Under the pieces are notes generated by a model. That model was given only the letters and a program-made list of their open reading frames with translations. It did no database searches and was not told the origin of the DNA. 26,347 bases of DNA from Ginkgo biloba (Eukaryota > Plantae > Ginkgophyta): the NCBI GenBank assembly GCA_024626585.2, contig JANKJI020000004.1, positions 174,101,892 to 174,128,238 on the forward strand. Direction: 5' to 3'. Positions within the stretch are counted from its first letter, which is position 1, and every line of letters begins with the position of its first letter. A program made the translations under genes and the position numbers. This document shows positions 24,158-26,347 of this stretch, piece after piece.

Positions 24158-24429
24158 ATAGCAGACAACAATCTCAAGTAAAAATAGCTTATGGTCCTAA
24201 AAACATAATTTTCTACAAAAAAAATGGAGGAGATAGTATGACCTACTTGGTTTGAAGATTACTGATGAGTGGAAAATTCACTCATCGTAAGTAAAGAGAG
24301 TTACCCTTAAGAAGTGTAATACTGAAGGTTGCATGTTATGAGAGTAAAATTTTACGAGTCTAGAACCTTAAACCCCAAACTCCACTAAAACCAGTCATGT
24401 TTTCCTATGCTTCCATGTACAATCTAGTT

Positions 24430-24670
24430 TACTATATGTATTGTGATTACCAGTCCCTGGGAGACTAGTATCCCCAGTTTTGTATTAAGTGTATCTACCA
24501 ATTGTTGAAGGACTAGTATCTCCAATTTTATGGTTACCAGTTAGTGAGATAGTTGTAAGCAGTTACACAACTTATTTAACTAACTATTCCCTTATGTTAT
24601 GAACAATTAGGATGTATACATTTATAAATACTTGATTTTGTTGTTAATAAATTTTGGACAATTTTTGGAG
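24430..24670 (+). mobile_element. LTR-like segment with internal 20-bp direct repeats
   Basis: GACTAGTATCCCCAGTTTTG (24463-24482) and GACTAGTATCTCCAATTTTA (24511-24530), then TTTATAAATAC (~24621) and AATAAA. Confidence 0.45.
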
Positions 24671-25429
24671 ACACATTAAGTGCAAAGTTTCTAGTATTTC
24701 TAGATGGGCCCATGTTAATACTAGCAACTCCCAACTCTGCCCTTAGACTTAGGCTCTGTATTGTTTTTCTCTTCACTTCTTTTCATAATTTAATTTGTTA
24801 GCTTTGTAGTTTGGCATTTCCTCTNNNNNNNNNNNNNNNNNNNNNNNNNNNNNNNNNNNNNNNNNNNNNNNNNNNNNNNNNNNNNNNNNNNNNNNNNNNN
24901 NNNNNNNNNNNNNNNNNNNNNNNNGAATAGAAATTAGGGTAGAGATTAGGAAACTTAAGCCTCAATTATTAGATTAAGTAATATATTTGGATAAATAAAT
25001 TGTAGAGATCTAATTAACTTATAAGAGATGGTTTGCACTAATATTAAGGACAATCTAGCATATTCAACTAGACAACTAGCCAATAAAGACATGGAGTACA
25101 TAGAGAGAAGGTGTACCAAGTGAGGAAAAAAGGGAGATCAACCTATGTTAAAGATGTGATTGATTTTTACATAACCAAGTTGTCATTAAATTATCATTTA
25201 GGGAAAGAATTTAAATAGTGAAATAAAATATGGAATTTTAATTTATCACTAGCTGATTATAAAGAAGATGTAAAGAAATTTTGATCTGATTGATTATTGC
25301 ATTCATACAAGGCCTCCATTAATTCTACATCAAATTTGAAATAAGGGAATTAGTAGTAAACAATAACCTAAGTTAAGGATTGAAGGTTGTCTCTTTATAT
25401 ATTAGGGCATAAACTTGAGGATGTTACCT

Positions 25430-26347
25430 ATATTATATCAACTGATAGGCCAACTTCACTGAGTAAGATAACAAATCCTTAAATTTAATCCAATTCTTCA
25501 TTTAAAGTATATCACTTCTTTATGAAGGTCTTTGCTTCACTTCCTTCATGTATCCTTTTACTAGTTCCTACTTGGGACTCAAGGACAATGGTTATAGAGT
25601 CTAAATGTCTCATGTGTTCTTCCATTTTGGCAATCTATTCATTTGTAATTTGTGTCTTTATCTCATTTCTAGCTATTATTTCTTCCCATTCAACTCCCTT
25701 TTCTTTGAGAAGTGCCAACTCTCTTATCTCTAGTTTAAAAAGAGGGAAGTGGTCGCATTGTACACCTCTGTCTCTGGTTTCCATAACCCTAAGGGTTTGT
25801 TCACATTAGATTTCTACGAATTGGGTTTCTACCAAAGGAGGAGTCATATCACATTGCACTCCTATCTCATTTTCCACCCTTCAGTCAGTCTGGACTCCTT
25901 TATTAGCAAAGTCGGTGATTTTCTTCTACATCCCAAGTTGTATTATTTTATTTAAGGTAGAGGTTCCTTCCATAGCTCTAGATAGATTCATTTGGGTGAT
26001 TTAGTCTTTTAATTCAATGACTTAACTTTCTATGGTATCCATATTGGCAAGTTTCTCCTCTAACTCTATACTTCAAAATTGGATTTGATTTTATCAATTC
26101 CTCATTTTCTATTCTTATTGAAGTGTTAGTGGTTTCTAAAATTGCTAAAGCATCCTTTGTTATGTCCTTTTAATCAAGTGCCTCCAATAAAGCCTCCCAT
26201 CTCTCCTTCTTTAATAATTTTTTAAATGAATTATGTGAATTAGCCTCTGAGGAATTAAGTACTAATGGATGGGGAGCAATATTTAGCTATATCTCTAGTT
26301 TTAGTGGAGAAGCCATAGGAGGATTACTCTATTATTGATTTAGAACT
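25430..26347 (-). pseudogene. Decayed intronless coiled-coil ORF with a repeated [K/R]G[V/I]Q[T/C][D/E]-type motif; runs off the window end
   Basis: Minus translation: ..FKKLLKKERWEALLEALD*KDITKDALAILE..ENEELIK [frameshift] ELEEKLANMDTIES*VIELKD*ITQM..ANKGVQTD*RVENEIGVQCDMTPPLVETQFVEI*CEQTLRVMETRDRGVQCDHFPLFKLEIRELALLKEKGVEWEE..IAKMEEHMRHLD..EELD*. The stops are single C>T or G>A changes from sense codons. Confidence 0.65.

Noticed and set aside
25522-25955. Plus-strand hydrophobic ORFs (also 2889-3200, 3256-3603, and 16373-16682 on minus) as membrane proteins
   Set aside because: They are antisense shadows of E/K-rich decayed frames on the opposite strand.

Overview
AT-rich, CpG-depleted eukaryotic sequence broken by many N gaps (several exactly 100 N, so true lengths are unknown). 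I find no intact gene, RNA gene or prokaryotic system. The window is a nested graveyard of decayed plant LTR retrotransposons; a large seed-plant, probably gymnosperm, genome is an inference only. Translating by hand across stops and frameshifts gives: a chromovirus-type Ty3/gypsy pol (1-2325, -) and gag (~7479-7880, -); two diverged, oppositely oriented copies of a ~1000-aa Athila-like accessory ('env-position') ORF (2652-5737 - and ~14900-17497 +, the second just downstream of an integrase C-terminus); two plant-mobile-domain (PMD) remnants; a Tat-like RNase H/integrase fragment; and several LTR/PBS/PPT remnants. The most unusual signal is a decayed coiled-coil ORF at the right end (-) with four in-frame LC8/dynein-light-chain-type motifs. 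All coordinates of decayed elements are approximate and no database search was run.
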